Translations under genes and position numbers: made by a program
The notes under the pieces: generated by a model
What the model was told of the DNA's origin: nothing
Databases searched by the model: none
The model's input: the letters and a program-made list of their open reading frames with translations, nothing else
Assembly: GCA_040357565.1 (NCBI GenBank)
Contig: JBDODJ010000045.1
Strand: one strand, 5' to 3'
Length of the DNA: 64,000 nucleotides
Source: Cercozoa sp. M6MM
Taxonomy: Eukaryota; Protista; Endomyxa: Ascetosporea
Part shown: positions 11,101 to 24,207 of the stretch, piece after piece
How the letters are laid out: the number at the start of each line of letters is the position of its first letter
How positions within the stretch are numbered: the first letter of the stretch is position 1

Positions 11101-13645
11101 ACCTCTCATATACACCGAGTGTGTTTGCAGATTGATCGGGCGCACACACGCGTCAGCGTGCTCAGTGGCGGCGAACGGCGACGGTATCATACTGAACCAT
11201 CAGTATGACTGGTGCGTGCTAACTGAGTGGTCTGTGTATGTGTGAAATGCAGGGTTGCAATCGGTGCCGAACTGGTGCGCGATGTCGACATTCTGCTACT
11301 GTACGCAACACGCAGCACTATATGATCGTTTGAGTGACTGAGTGACACGTAGTGACGAGCCGTTGAGCGGTCTGGACTCGCGCAGTGCAACGCGCGTGTT
11401 CCACGTGCTGCACGCACTGGCACACGCCTCTGGGGTCGCTGTGGCCATGTAAGTTTCCCACTCTAGCTGTCAACTTTGAACAACTACAGTATATGTACTG
11501 AGCAGGTCGGTGCATCAACCGTCGCCTCTACTGTGGCGCCGTTTCGACACCGTCATCTGCGTAGCTGACTTTACACACCTCTTCGCCGCTTGTCCAACCG
11601 AGTGTACTTTCCCTCGTAGCTAACGTCGCGTGGCCGCATGGTGTACGGTGGTGAGCCCTGTCAGGTACCGCACAGTACATAACTCTGTCAATTTAATAGC
11701 TCCGATGTCGGCAACAGGTCGGCAGTTTTGTTCGAAGTCCAGCCGTGCAAGCATTGCTGTCGCAAGGTGCTTTTCTTGTCGCTACCCGTGTCTACTGTAG
11801 TTGTCTTGAGTGAATTCAATCGTGCCTTAGACCTGGAGCAGGCCTCACAGGCAACTCTGTCAGAGGCCGAGACTTTGCTGCTGCTGGCCACGCTAAACGA
11901 CACGGCGACTGCCGAGGCACACTGTACCGGACTGTCCTTTGATTAGTCGAACTAATGCGTGCATGCACTGGGTCATACACAGGGCAGGCCTCCGACGAGG
12001 CAAGACACTACGCGAGCGAAGTTGCGGCCTTCATGGGTATCGCAGTCGCTTTTAAGGTCGAGGAGTGTATGTGTGATTTTTTGTATATAGGGGACGGTGT
12101 CGACCTGAGCGATCGCAGTGGCAGCGATCATAACGGCGTTGTTGGCTTCATCGCCTGGTGTCGTCAGGTAGGCGCACTGGCGCGACGCGACTTTCGCCGT
12201 GTGGCACGCGACCGAGGACTACTGCCGCTCCAGCTAGTGGTCCCAAACTGACACGTACGCACGTGACCACGCGGAGTCTTCTATGTGTACAGAGTGCCGC
12301 ACTGGTGGGCATGGTGTTTGGCACCGTCTTCTGGCAGGTCGACCTCTTCCTCGAGGGCGCTCAAAACCGATGTGAGCCGAGCTTTGACACTGCTACTCCA
12401 TGCCCCTGGTTTGATTTCTGCTGTTACCTGGTGTAATGTGTAGTCGGTGGACTGTTTTTCTTGCTGACCTTCCTGGCCATAACTGCGTGCACGGTGCACC
12501 CTCACTCGGTTTTTCGCTCATTCAGTATCTTAAGTTGCTTCTTGTTGTGCGCACAGGCGGTGCCTGGCCTTGCAAATGATCGGAAAATTCTTCGACGCGA
12601 ACGAGCTGCTGGCATTGTACGATGGGCTTATTACCTCCCTGCATCTTTTGTTGCGCACTTCATCCTCCAACAGGTCGACACGAGTGCCTTCCTGACTGCC
12701 AAGTAAGTTTTCCTCTGCTGATTCGTCGAGGTTTGATTGCTGATGACTTCGCAGAGTGCTGGCTGATCTGCTGCCGCTGCGCATCGTACCGTCACTGCTT
12801 CTTGGCAGCGTCGCGTACTGGATGGTACAACGAGGTCAACACCAGTGGGACAAAACAATGGAATACCTTGAGTAAATTTAGATGGGCTTGCGTCCGGATG
12901 GGCTTCGTTTCTTGTTGTTTATGCTCGTATGCATACTCTTCTGCCTGGCTGGTACGCGACGGTTTTGTCTGTGGCACATATAAATTATAGATACTCTGAT
13001 ATGATAAGTAGCTGCGGCACTGTGCTTTCTGTGTGCCGCCTTCTTTTCGTCACCGCGGCAGGGTAAGTTAAACTAACGGAAGTAGTGGAAAGGTCATACA
13101 TTACTCTGGTTTGTACAGCACTGTACGCGGCGACGCTACTGATGCTGCTGCAGCTACTGACGGGTGGTCTCTTTGCGTCCCAGTTGGATTCGACGCTGCT
13201 GGATGTCTTGCGTGTGCAGAGTACCTTTTCTCTTTCGATGCTGTTTTCTTCTGCACTTCCAATCACCCCTTGTTCAACTAGGCTTCGTGTTTTACGCCTA
13301 CGAGCTGTTGCTTGTCAACGAAGTCGTTGGCATCACGCTTGTTATTGATGCACAGGTACATATTATTTACTGCATAATATGTACTGCGGAAGTTTGGAGT
13401 CATTTTTATTTTTACAGGGTTTGCCGCAAGTGGCGCTGCCCGGCAAAGTCTTCCTCGAGAACATGGGCTTCCGTCACAATGCTGTGTAGCTTTTCTTTTT
13501 CGAGTTCACTTTCGTGTCCGTGTCCGGTTTATGCGCTCAACTTGACTGACTGTATTTTTGCAGAGGCGAGGACTTTGCAGCCGTCGGTGCCATGTGCTCG
13601 TTGATGCTGCTTCTCACCTATTTATCGCTGCGCTTTCGCAAGTAG
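8112..13645 (+). CDS. ABCG half-transporter with signal peptide and Cys-rich extracellular N-terminus (ADP1-like), multi-exon
   Basis: Walker A GPSGAGKSSL, signature LSGGERRR, Walker B LLLDEPLSGLDS, SVHQPS, ABC2 membrane motifs (FGTVFWQ, GAQNR, RRERAAG, YAYELLLVNE); Cys-rich exons upstream. Confidence 0.85.
9183..9370. repeat. Compound low-complexity intron: (AT)n, (CT)n and duplicated (TGT)n units
   Basis: Directly visible. Confidence 0.85.
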
Positions 13646-14126
13646 CTGAGCAATCACTTTCTTACGCTACAACTACCACGCACCTAGTCAGCTACTGTCA
13701 ACATCAAACAACCCATTCGGCTGACTAATTTACTTGCTCCGCGTGGAAGCAACTATCAGTCATGCCAAATAATTGAAGTGTTTTGCGAAGGCCGAGAGGC
13801 ATGACTGAAGGCTCGAAACTGCTGCAAGAATTGATAAAGCCCTCTTTCCAGATACCAGGCAAGAGGGTTTTCTTTTGTTTTTCATCGCAAGTCTCTCAAC
13901 ACTCTCAACTGTAACGACGGCCCTACCTTGGGTTTCTCTCTTCGATATCTTTCGGTTTATTGAGACGTCGAACGAACACTAAATAAAACGACCCTATATT
14001 CTGACTTTTCACTAAAAGTGACAATCTCACAGCAACAAGTCTATGATCGCGACTCGCAGCAACCTTTTTTACGAGGCAATGTACACGGTACGTAGCGCTC
14101 GCCTTTCGTTTGCCTTTTTACAATCA

Positions 14127-15896
14127 CTACGCTAGTTTCGTCGAACTGAAGGAACGAAGGAATTCATAATCGCTACCGACTCGATTTCGGCTCGTCGGGT
14201 CATGACTATAGACGGTTTTACATTGTCGTTGAAGTCTCGTCCCGTGCAATCGAATGCAATGAGCGGAGTCAGCCAGAAAAGGCCGACGTGAGCGATGAGA
14301 AGCCGAGGATGCGTCGCTGCAGAAAGTTTTGATTGATTCACTAAAGCAGCGGTGCGCTAAAAATGCAACACTTAAAGAGGCAAAGCTACCGCCAAAGCGA
14401 TGCCCCCCGGCAGTGCAGAAAATAGATAGGCCAGCGATGTCAGCAACAACAACAGCGAGAGGCACTGTCGTACATGCCGCGTATCATACAGTTGGAGGGA
14501 AAGGGATAGTCAAAGACAAAATGATAAAAATACAAGCTGCACGAGAAACGGCAACTTCGCTGCGACCTACGCCATGGAAAGCCATCATGGAGAAGTGAAC
14601 ACAAAGGAGAATGGTACACTAAGCCACAAGACGATGCTGCACACGTGAAGTGCAGAGACTGCTCTCCTGTTGTGACGGGTATGTCTCCCAAGTGCTCCAA
14701 ATAGAGCAATAAATACCTCTTAGTGTCGCCAAACATGCTTTTGACCTGCGCGCGCGGGCCATGTGCAATCACCAGTGTGAGCAACATAAACATGTCGGCA
14801 CAGGCCTGCGAAAGCAAAGCAGAGAAGGATACGTTTACAAAGCGAAAGTAAGTGCTTGTGAGTGACCAAAGAATGTGCGAACGACGACGGTGAGAGCAGG
14901 ATTAGAGGAATCTTGCTTCTGTTCATACTGAGATTAAAGAGGTGGGAGAGCATCAAGAGACTGTACAGTGCAGACAGAAGAAACATGAACGTCAGCAAGC
15001 CACCGACTGCACCGCCCACTATTCTCTGTGCACACATACACGAACAACATACTTCGTCTTAACCAAGGCGTCTAAAATAACCACTAATGTTTGCATCACA
15101 CAATACCTGCTGCAGAGTAAGAGAAAACCAGGAATACTCCTGTTCCGACTGGTCTCGTTGGAACCAGCTTTTCCAACCGCTTCCTGAAGACAAACGGCAC
15201 ATTTTTATCTACCCATCTCTTTCACCGCACCATCGAGAGAGTGAAAAGTTGTACCTGTGTTGTCGGATGAGGAGGTGTCAACAGCAGGAGCACCTGGAGT
15301 CTCCGGGTCCTCTGCATCGGTGACAGTTCTTGAGCCAAAGAAGCCGCCCAAAAGACCTCGCTCCTCTTGCATCGTGGGTACCTAAAACATATTTGGTTGC
15401 CATTGCAGAGATGGAGTCAAACGCTACCCCGACATCTTCGTCACCCGGCGTCGCATACCCCTGCAAACGTGCGTTGAGCGATGCCAACATTTTTCAGGTC
15501 GTGATGCACTTTAATGGACTTAGTTTGCTCCTGGCAGTTCCAGATAACCGAGAAACCGAGCCCACTCACCCGTACAAGAGGTATTTTACTTTTCGGTTTA
15601 GTTTATAGTTGGCTTTTATTTTGTTCTGTGCTGCGAGAACTGGAAAAACACTGAAAAGAGGTATGGCAACCGTTTTAAAATGCTCCGCTAGCATGCGTTA
15701 AGATATGTTTCCCAAGGTATCTCAAAGAAAGGGCAATCGCCCGCCCCAGCCGATCACCGGCCCATGCTCGTTGCGGCGCGATCGCTGGGAGATCAATCAC
15801 CCTTCTGTCTGTTACGACACATGTGACAAACCCTGGACCACTCACGGCCAGAAGACGTTGCGTAGAGCATAGTGCTTGTAGTTGGACTTGGTGCAT
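14127..15896 (-). CDS. Hypothetical multi-exon membrane protein (ends uncertain)
   Basis: Minus-strand ORF pieces with hydrophobic segments (GGAVGGLLTFMFLLSALYSLLML, ADMFMLLTLVIA) and intron-like signals; no family recognised. Confidence 0.35.
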
Positions 15897-15954
15897 GTGT
15901 TGCGCGAGTAAAGCAACGCAATCACCAATCGCGCTTTGAGATCAAGCAAAACTC

Positions 15955-18900
15955 ATGCTTGCCGCGCTTGGAACCGCGATACTGCTGCTGACCCAAGGTA
16001 CATCTTGTCATTACTGATCAGTGTCAGTCTGCAAGTGTACAGCGAGGAGTTTGGTATAGGGTGTGTGGCGAAGCCGGAGGATGTTCCTGGGCGGCCCGGA
16101 GTTTGGTAACGATCCCTCATGACCCCTTTCCGATGTAATGTAAACGGGCGTCACTGTTTGGTGTTTGCCCAGGGGCCTTGAACCAAACAGTAGCACCTAC
16201 ACCATTCCGGCTTGGAGAACAACAGAGTGTGTGCCCATGGACGAATCACTGAGACAGTACTGTGGCAGTCTTCGCACAACGTAACTATCCTCTCTTTTCT
16301 CTTTTCTTTTGGAGCATGGGTCCCGCTTAGTTACGCCCGGCCCGTGGCACACGAGAACTTGCTGAGGAGCAGTGCAGACAACTGGCTCTATGAAGAGCAT
16401 CCCGGTCAGGATGCTATCGATGACACAAGCGCTGCCCGTGCGGGCCGGCTCGGTACCCATGCTTTCGTACAAGTACCTCAGTACAAAGTGCGGCCTGCCA
16501 CCTTTTGTGGTTTTCAATTCAGGAATGTTGGTGCGTCTGGCGGGCTTGCTGCGCAACGGTGAAACACTGTGCAAAAGGCGAGCACTCGGCTACCTGTGCA
16601 ACTGTGCGTTTGCTTTTCTCCACTCCTTTTTGTTTTGTTTGTTTCTTGTTTTTGCTTTTTAACTACTTTCTGCTTATAGATATGGCGCCTGAGTGCGGAG
16701 AAACTTCGCAACTACAATACGCCAATGGCACGGTGATGCGACATCCGATCACCGATGCTACTACAGAGTACTTTTGCTTTCGTTACCCTCAGTCGCTTGC
16801 TGAGTTACCCCTCCCCCTTATCTTCCGTTTTGTGGTTTTGTGGCAGGGTGGTGCGGCGGCCGAACTGTTTCGACTCGTGCGTCGAGTTTTTCGACGAGTG
16901 CCACGAGCTTGGTACGGTGTATCTTTGTTTGTATTGACGACACCACGTGACAAGGGTGGTTGATTTGTAGGTGCCATTCTCGAGGCTGTCGGTATTAAAC
17001 CGGTACGTTAAGATTGGATCTGGGGGGAGGGGTCGCCTAGTTTGTATTTCCATATGACAGGACTGCCGGTTGTTTACTTTTGGGGATTCGGAATTCAACA
17101 AGCACTCATTCAACCATCCGTTTACTCGCTTCATTGTACGTTCCACAAAGAGCGGATGCAAGAGAATGCACAAGTACAGCAGCGATAACAAGTCAAGGTT
17201 TTTTGAGTGCAGGAACACTTTGAAGCCTACTCGTATCCAGTCAATGATGTACCCTGTGTTAGATCGTTCTTGTCTCTCTCTCCGATTACTTATAATGCAG
17301 ACTTCGCCAGTCAATTTGACGGCGCAGTATATTGCGATCGATACCATTCCAAACATTACAGAGAATGGATGGGGCCGACACGAGTGGGTACAGTGTTGTT
17401 GCAGTTATCATGACACTCAGGCAGAAGAAAGTACGTCTGTGTGAGACACAGTATTTGAACAATGCCACGCGACAACAAGAGTGGCAGCACGTGCAGCAGT
17501 CGCCAGTATCGCCACACCGAATCTTTGCTCTGTCGGTAGCATCGTTTTAATTCCTGGGCTAGTCTTTCCCTTGTAAACCTAGACCTTGCAGGATGACGAA
17601 GCAACCGCGAGGATGCAGTTGAAGCATGACCGATATTACCAGTCGGTTGATGGTGAATTTACTGTCTATATCTCCCCTGCTTCCCTCGGCATTTGTCATA
17701 TTAGTCTATCGCAGGCAGGAGACACGTGATGACCTGCCAGGCAGTAGTACCTGCCACCGCCAGTGAAGTCTCTGGGAGTACTTTCTTCCTCTCAATCTGC
17801 TTCAGTTTTTCCATGCATGTCCCTTTTGATAGACCTGGAATGTCCCAGTCAGCTGGTAGTTGACCCGGAGGACACCATGTGTGTCGTTGGGTACAGCAAT
17901 TAAACGTGCAGTTGTTTCTTTTGTCTGAAATGTACTCTCCTGTTGTGTCATTGATGTAGATGCCCTACGCCCGTGTTCACCGAGACGCAAGATGACACGC
18001 TGGCGGTGCTGTCGAGTGTCTTGGGAGCTCTAGCGTGCCTCTGCGGCCTCGCTGTGACAGCAATCACACTGCGCGATCCGAAGGTAGTTTCCCGCATCTA
18101 CTCACTTTATCTCTTGCCTGTGCTTCTCAATGTTGTTTTTCCTTAGACACGCTTGTTCCCTAGCCGACTTTCAGCTTTTTTCGGAGTTGCGCTATTTTTC
18201 TTCGGTCTGGTAGTGTCATGTATATTGCTGCCATCTAACCTTAAGTTGTTTCACCCCTTCTGATCCTGTGCTTGGTGGTCCCGGCAGGCGCACTGTATTC
18301 GTGTCGACCCGTGTCAGAGTGAACTGCAAGAACAGACTGTAACACTGGCTCTCCATGATGAATGCTTTCCATACGGTTTTGCCGCCCATCCTCTGATGCC
18401 CGTACTCTGATGCATGCAGGGCGGCTCTTCTTCGGCCTGTGGCTTCCAGGCATGGCTTTACGTCTTCTCGCAGGTGAGTAGTGCTTCCTTGTATTCACCT
18501 TCCCTAACTTTCCTCGAACCACAGGTGGCCATGTCGTTGTGGTGGACCGTGTTGGCTTTGTGCCTTGCCTTCTCTCTGCGCACGCAGAGTGCTTACGTAC
18601 ATTTTCCAATTTAAACCCCCATGTTACGGACGCTATCTCAATGTGTTACGCGCGCAGATGGCGGAAGTGCTTGGCAAGAAGGAACGCTGGATGCACGTGG
18701 CGTGTTGGGGCACTGCCGTCCTTTGTGCCACCATACCTTTGGCTGCTGGTAGCTTGTATTCATACCTTTGGTAACTTGTGTATCCCTTCCTTTTTCCTGC
18801 CCAGGCAAAGTGGCGCGCAACGCTGGCAACAGCGTCTGTTCGATTGCCACGGTGGGCTCTCTCACTACCTGGGTTGGTCAGGAGGACAAGGCTGAAAACT

Positions 18901-20121
18901 TGCCTTTTGTGTCATGTAGACGGACGGCAGTGTGACCTTGCTGGTACTGCTGCTGGTTTTGCCGCAGTCGCTGGCGCTGCTAATGTCGTTCGCTGCTGCC
19001 TCCTTCACGGGTAGCTTCTTCCCCTCGCGTATAATTGAATACAAACGCCACTGTAAATTTAGTTTACACGGTGTGGACGCACAATAATAAAATGGGTCCG
19101 GCAGGTATTGCACAATCCTTGTTCCCTCTGTACTCGGTCTATTGAGAGTCAACGTACAACTTTGACAGGTGATGTGGCCAAGAAACGCAGGCGATCGCAG
19201 TTGCGCACTGTGATTCGCTGGGCTCTGGTGCGACTTGTTTATCTGAAGAAAATACATGGGGCACGTTTAACTTAACTTTTTCGCAGTTTTTGCCGGTTTA
19301 TTTGATGGCACTAGTGACGTCGCTCGCCGTACAACTCGATCGGCTTGGTAAATCTCTAACTTCTGCATCCTTTGAACCCTTGATCCAATTGTTTAACTGT
19401 TAACAGACGCTGCTGCGTCGCTCAACGGCTCAGTCCGCGATGCCGGTACCTTCAGTCCTCAACTCCCTTTCTGCAATCCATGTGGTTGATTGTTCTCGCA
19501 GCTCAATGCGTCCTCGAGTTATACGACGAGGCTTGTGGAAATGAAGTCGAATGCAATAGAAATGAGCTCAAAATCGACGGTGCTTTCCCATCTACACGTT
19601 CGTACTTTGTTTTCACACCTTGGCACCTTGATAATACAGATGCCGAAGTGGAAGCCTGCATCGACGGCGAACTGCGACATAACTTATACAGGTAATTTCG
19701 TTACACACCTCTCTTTTCTGCCACCCTTCTTGCTTAACTGCCCGACTGCAGTTTCAGTGCGCAAGTGTTCGCACTGGTGGCCTGGATCTGTGTTGCTTTG
19801 TTCGCCTTCTCGGTGTTTGCCTCGCGGATGCGCAACCTGTACTATGTTCCCGTCTCCTTAACCTTTGAGGCTTTGCCGCGTTTTCTTACCGCAACGGTGG
19901 GGCAGCTGCTGCGTACGCAACTTGGTGGGCGACACGCGAACGAGCATCACAGGCACTGCCAGTACGACGCGGCGCCCCGCAAGAACTCCCGACGTATGCC
20001 CCAGTTCCCAGTTTGCCATTTTTTATTGGTTTTATTTCAATCGAATTAGCATGGGCAGAATACCACCGACAGGGGTGATGCAGTTGAACTAGCTGGCACC
20101 ACCAGTCCGGGCGAACCCTGA
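15955..20121 (+). CDS. Frizzled/Smoothened-like (class F-like) 7TM receptor with signal peptide and long Cys-rich ectodomain
   Basis: Signal MLAALGTAILLLTQ; linker LECPSQL..CVVGCPTPVFT before TM1; FPSR at the start of TM2; CGFQ..SLWWTVLA (TM3); ERWMHVACWG (TM4); VCSI; further TM segments. Confidence 0.65.
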
Positions 20122-20363
20122 CCGGACTCCAGTCGGCGCGTGGTGTGAAAGTGATCATGACTCGAAATTGGACTGATGTGACGTGAACTGAAAATACTGA
20201 GTCGGTGTGAAACGAAATGTGACTTTATCGTATCGGTGAGTGTCTGTAATTAAACGTAGAGGTACTCTGATTGTGTCCACGCGGAAAAGCAACGCAAATC
20301 GCGAAAAACATCGCATAGCGGACGTATGCTCGCCTCTACACCATGTCGTGCGTGATGGTCGCT

Positions 20364-21386
20364 TCATGCTTGTTTCGACTTCGGTGCGACAAAGGCACCT
20401 TCGCGCCACTCGCCTGGCTGCTCGGTGCCGTCAGCGAGGAAGGCCACGCCGCGACCCTACCCCAGTCGGAAACACCACAGTTCGATTGCAAAATCGTGTC
20501 AAAACGAAAAACGAAACTCACGTGTCGCACGCCACGTCGGTAGGTTCCGCGGAACACAGGCTTATCGTCTTTGAGCGTTCGCTCTTCGCCCTCTTCAGAA
20601 ACATCGCATACACAAGACAGGTATAAGTAAAGAAGAACTGTGTACGGCCGTGCTTGCGTCCATTGCGCCACGATCCCGTGTACACACGATCCCTCGAGGG
20701 GTATTGCATACTGAAAGCATAGAGAAACAAACAGACAATGCACTGAGCAAACAGAGGACACAACATGCTTTGTGCACCTGCCCTTGCCATGTCGTTCATC
20801 GTCGCGGAACTCGCCTCGGAACAGAATGTCGCCTTCGTAACGCTCCTCGCCTTCGCCATGGCGTTTGCCACGCTTCTGCTCGGAAAAATGTTCAACGTCT
20901 CTTCAAACCGTCAATCAGCGAAACTGTACCCACTGTCCGTCGTAGTAGCAACCATTCTTGTACGTATATCTTCCTTTGCCAGAGAACTTGCCACGCACAA
21001 AATTGCCTTCATAAACGTCGCCGTTCTTGCCTGTTCAAATGTATTACTATTGCAAAACAAAGACAAGGAAAGCGACGTACACACTAGTTTTCCGTGGCCG
21101 TGTCTCGCTCCATTCTTGTCAGTGTCGCCCTCGTACTTTTCTCTACAAAACTGACTTGGCCCAGCAAGAAGGCAGCGAACGACTGCGGGAGTGAAATACC
21201 TTTGACGTACGCGCTGTGACACACGGTAGGCACGGTAGCACAACCAAAGACCCAACAGAACTAAGAAACAAAGATGGGCCAAATTGCAACAAACAAATTG
21301 ACTTGCAATTGATTTTCACCTTTCAGAGTGACGTCCACATAAGGGATGCGCAGAAACGCCTGAAACGCCTCCAGCCACTCGGACAT
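20364..21386 (-). CDS. MORN-repeat protein with an N-terminal membrane anchor
   Basis: YEGDTDKNGARHGHGK, NGDVYEGNFVRGKFSGKGRYTYKNG, YTGSWRNGRKHG, GEWREG. Confidence 0.85.
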
Positions 21387-21552
21387 GCCGGGCGTCTTGC
21401 TGTACAGTATCTAATTTGATGTCAACACGATCTGCTTCCTTGTTCTTTTTTCTAGACTCAGAACTCCGGCTGCTCCCTTAAAGTGGAGAGTTGTGACAGT
21501 GTTTAGAATCCTATTGTCTGCAGAGCTGTGCACGCACGTGTAGTTAGTTTCT

Positions 21553-21931
21553 ATGTCTTCCAGAGCAGCGCGAAATTACCGTAGGGTGCGGAAATTGTTG
21601 CGCACACGACACACCCTGAATCCCCAGGTAAGCTCCCGTTCTGATAGTTGGTTGTGGTCCGCCCTCTGCACTCACTGTATTAAAGGCGGACTATGTGCGA
21701 CCGCGAAACTCGCCGTGGGTGCATGATTCTTTGCGTGCTTTGTTCGAGGTGCCAGCAGAGAAGGTGCGTTTGCAAGCTGGGCTGAGTCTTGCTTTTGAAC
21801 CTGCACTCGTTGGTGTACAGTTGACTCTGCTGAGTGCGGGTGCCGAAACAGACGCCAGTGTGGCCGAAATTCGCCAGAGAATTGCGGATAACTATGTGTA
21901 CTTCAGTCTGTGCGTGTGCGTGTGCGTGTGC

Positions 21932-21988
<57 letters not shown>

Positions 21989-22412
21989 ATCAATCCCGTT
22001 GACGGTTGCAATGCTGTGACAGTTACTACCGCAAGGCGATCGATCAGCACGTGTTCTGTACCTTGACTGATACTGATGACTGAATACTGTGTCAACCAAT
22101 CATTGCGTTTTCTATGCTTGCGCAGTCCTCGCGGAAGACGGTCAACTGAATCCGCGAAAGGACACGCGAACGGAGGTGTTCCTGTTCAGTCGAAAGTGTG
22201 GCTTCTCGGTGCCTCGACCGAATGGTATCGTTCGCATGTGCTTTTTAGCTCTGTGTCTTGTGGACTGAGCACCACGTATGTTGTTGTTCCGGGCAGACTA
22301 TGCGGACGTGGCTGCCAAGTACCGCGATCGTTTCACGTTTGACGGTGTCTTCGAGGACATCAACCAGCCTGACCCCGAGTTCGACGATGACAGCGACGAC
22401 GAGACAGAATGA
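21553..22412 (+). CDS. Small mitochondrial LYR/FMC1-like protein with an acidic tail
   Basis: Spliced MSSRAARNYRRVRKLLR...SPWVHDSLRALFE...IADNYVYYRKAIDQH..L...SRKCGFSVP, resembling the FMC1 pattern. Confidence 0.5.
21910..21987. repeat. (GT)n intronic microsatellite
   Basis: Directly visible. Confidence 0.95.
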
Positions 22413-22823
22413 CGTGCTCCCAGCGGCTCTCGTCTGTGATTGAACCGGATCCGATCGACTTGAACTGATTTTTACCGTACTTACTGCGCGCATGGCAACA
22501 CGGCTTATACACAACGCGGCGCTTGCGTCGTACTGGTTCCAGTCAGTTCGCAATTCCGGCGGACATTCTCAGTGAAAACAAAGAACCTACCGCACAGCAA
22601 CCATACAAGCGTCAGTTCAGTTCAGTTGCAACCAAAGTTCATTCAGCCACTCGGACTTTCTCTAGCCGGCACGCCAGTCCGCCGAAACAGCTGCCGGCGA
22701 ATTGAACCTGCTTGAAAAAGTGCGAGTGCACGTGTTGACGTGCATTCCCTGAGCCAAACCTCAATATAGAGACTACGGATACGTTACATTTACTGCACAT
22801 TGTGTCGATCGTGCGAAAGTTAA

Positions 22824-23400
22824 AATGGAGTCGCCGCCGCCAATGGTACAGACGCCAACTAACTCGCCTTCAGTAGGTACATTATAAAAGTTCTGGTCTT
22901 TTTCGATTTCACAAGCACAAGTGCAGTCACCGCCGCGACCATTGGCACAGCGCGACTCGAGTGCGCAGCGGCAGAAAGATTTGCTCAGATGCGCGTTGCT
23001 GACGACGCGGACAGCGGCACCCTCACTGCGCCCGCAGCCAACTTGAACCGAGCTTTCACTCGACCCCCTACACCGCTTGGGGTCAGCTTTTTAGTGAACC
23101 GCACTGACCACTCCGATGTTTGTGAATTGCTTGCGCCTGACATGACAGGTTCAGTCTTCGGTACCAAGCGTTCCGGTAGGTTTGCACGCCGTTCCCGTTG
23201 TGGTGGCTCCGGTGACAGCCGGCGCGACCACAGTTCCTGCATTTATGGGTACTGTACAGTTGACAGCATTCCTATCAAACACTCGCATCGATCCTGAATC
23301 CCTATCCATTTTTGCCAAAACAGCGGTACAAGCGGTACCAGCGACGACAGACAGTACAACGCTGCCTCCTGTGGTTGAACAGTACGTTGCGCCTTGCTAA
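22824..23400 (+). CDS. Possible small Pro/Thr/Val-rich spliced protein
   Basis: ATG MESPPPMVQTPTNSPS plus intron-like signals; reading frame ambiguous. Confidence 0.25.
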
Positions 23401-24207
23401 GAGCAATACAAGCGACACCAGGAATGTTCCGTAGCGGGCGCGGCGAAAACCTTGCTTTAAAAGCTGCCTGCAACTGCTCTGTCTTCTGCATCTTTGTTGC
23501 GATTCTAGTGTATATCCTGGTAAAGGCTTCCACGTAGCGACGCAGTGACTCGTATTGTACAGTAAACAGACGTGCATGAACTTGTGATATCAATCCTGCC
23601 GCGTAAAGAAACTTATAATAGCGCAACTGTTTATGTCATACTGTAAAACAGCGGAGCTGCGAAATTGGCGTTACGTTAAAAAAAAAGCTATATTAAAATC
23701 AAGGTACAGGTATTAATTATCAGAAGAAACAAGACAATAAATTTACTAGCAAACAGTAATTGAGACTCCGGTCTTCAAAAAGGCGCGTCATGCTACGTCT
23801 TGGGACGTTCGGTTGACGAGAGAGGCAGGCACTCTCGAAGAGAGGATGAGACACAGCACGTCCATGTCGACAGTTGAGGCATCTTTTCGTGCGTCCTCTC
23901 CTATCCAGATCTCTACTAACGTAAATGTACCATATGGTAATACTGCTTTAACCAATCTTAAAATCTCAAGGTTGCTATTGTACGCGTTAGTTGAAGTCGG
24001 TTGGCCTCGTCGGGGTTTAATGTAAACTTACTGTACTCGCGACAATGCCACCAGTCGATCCCACTCATCCCCAGCCAATCGCGATCAGGTCGATCCGTCG
24101 TCAGTCAAGTCGCATCGAGTTATGCGGACACGAGAAGATCAGCGCCCGACAGCGCGGGAAAGAAACCAACGGAAAGCGAAGTTAAATTCGATTCAGGTTA
24201 GTTTACG

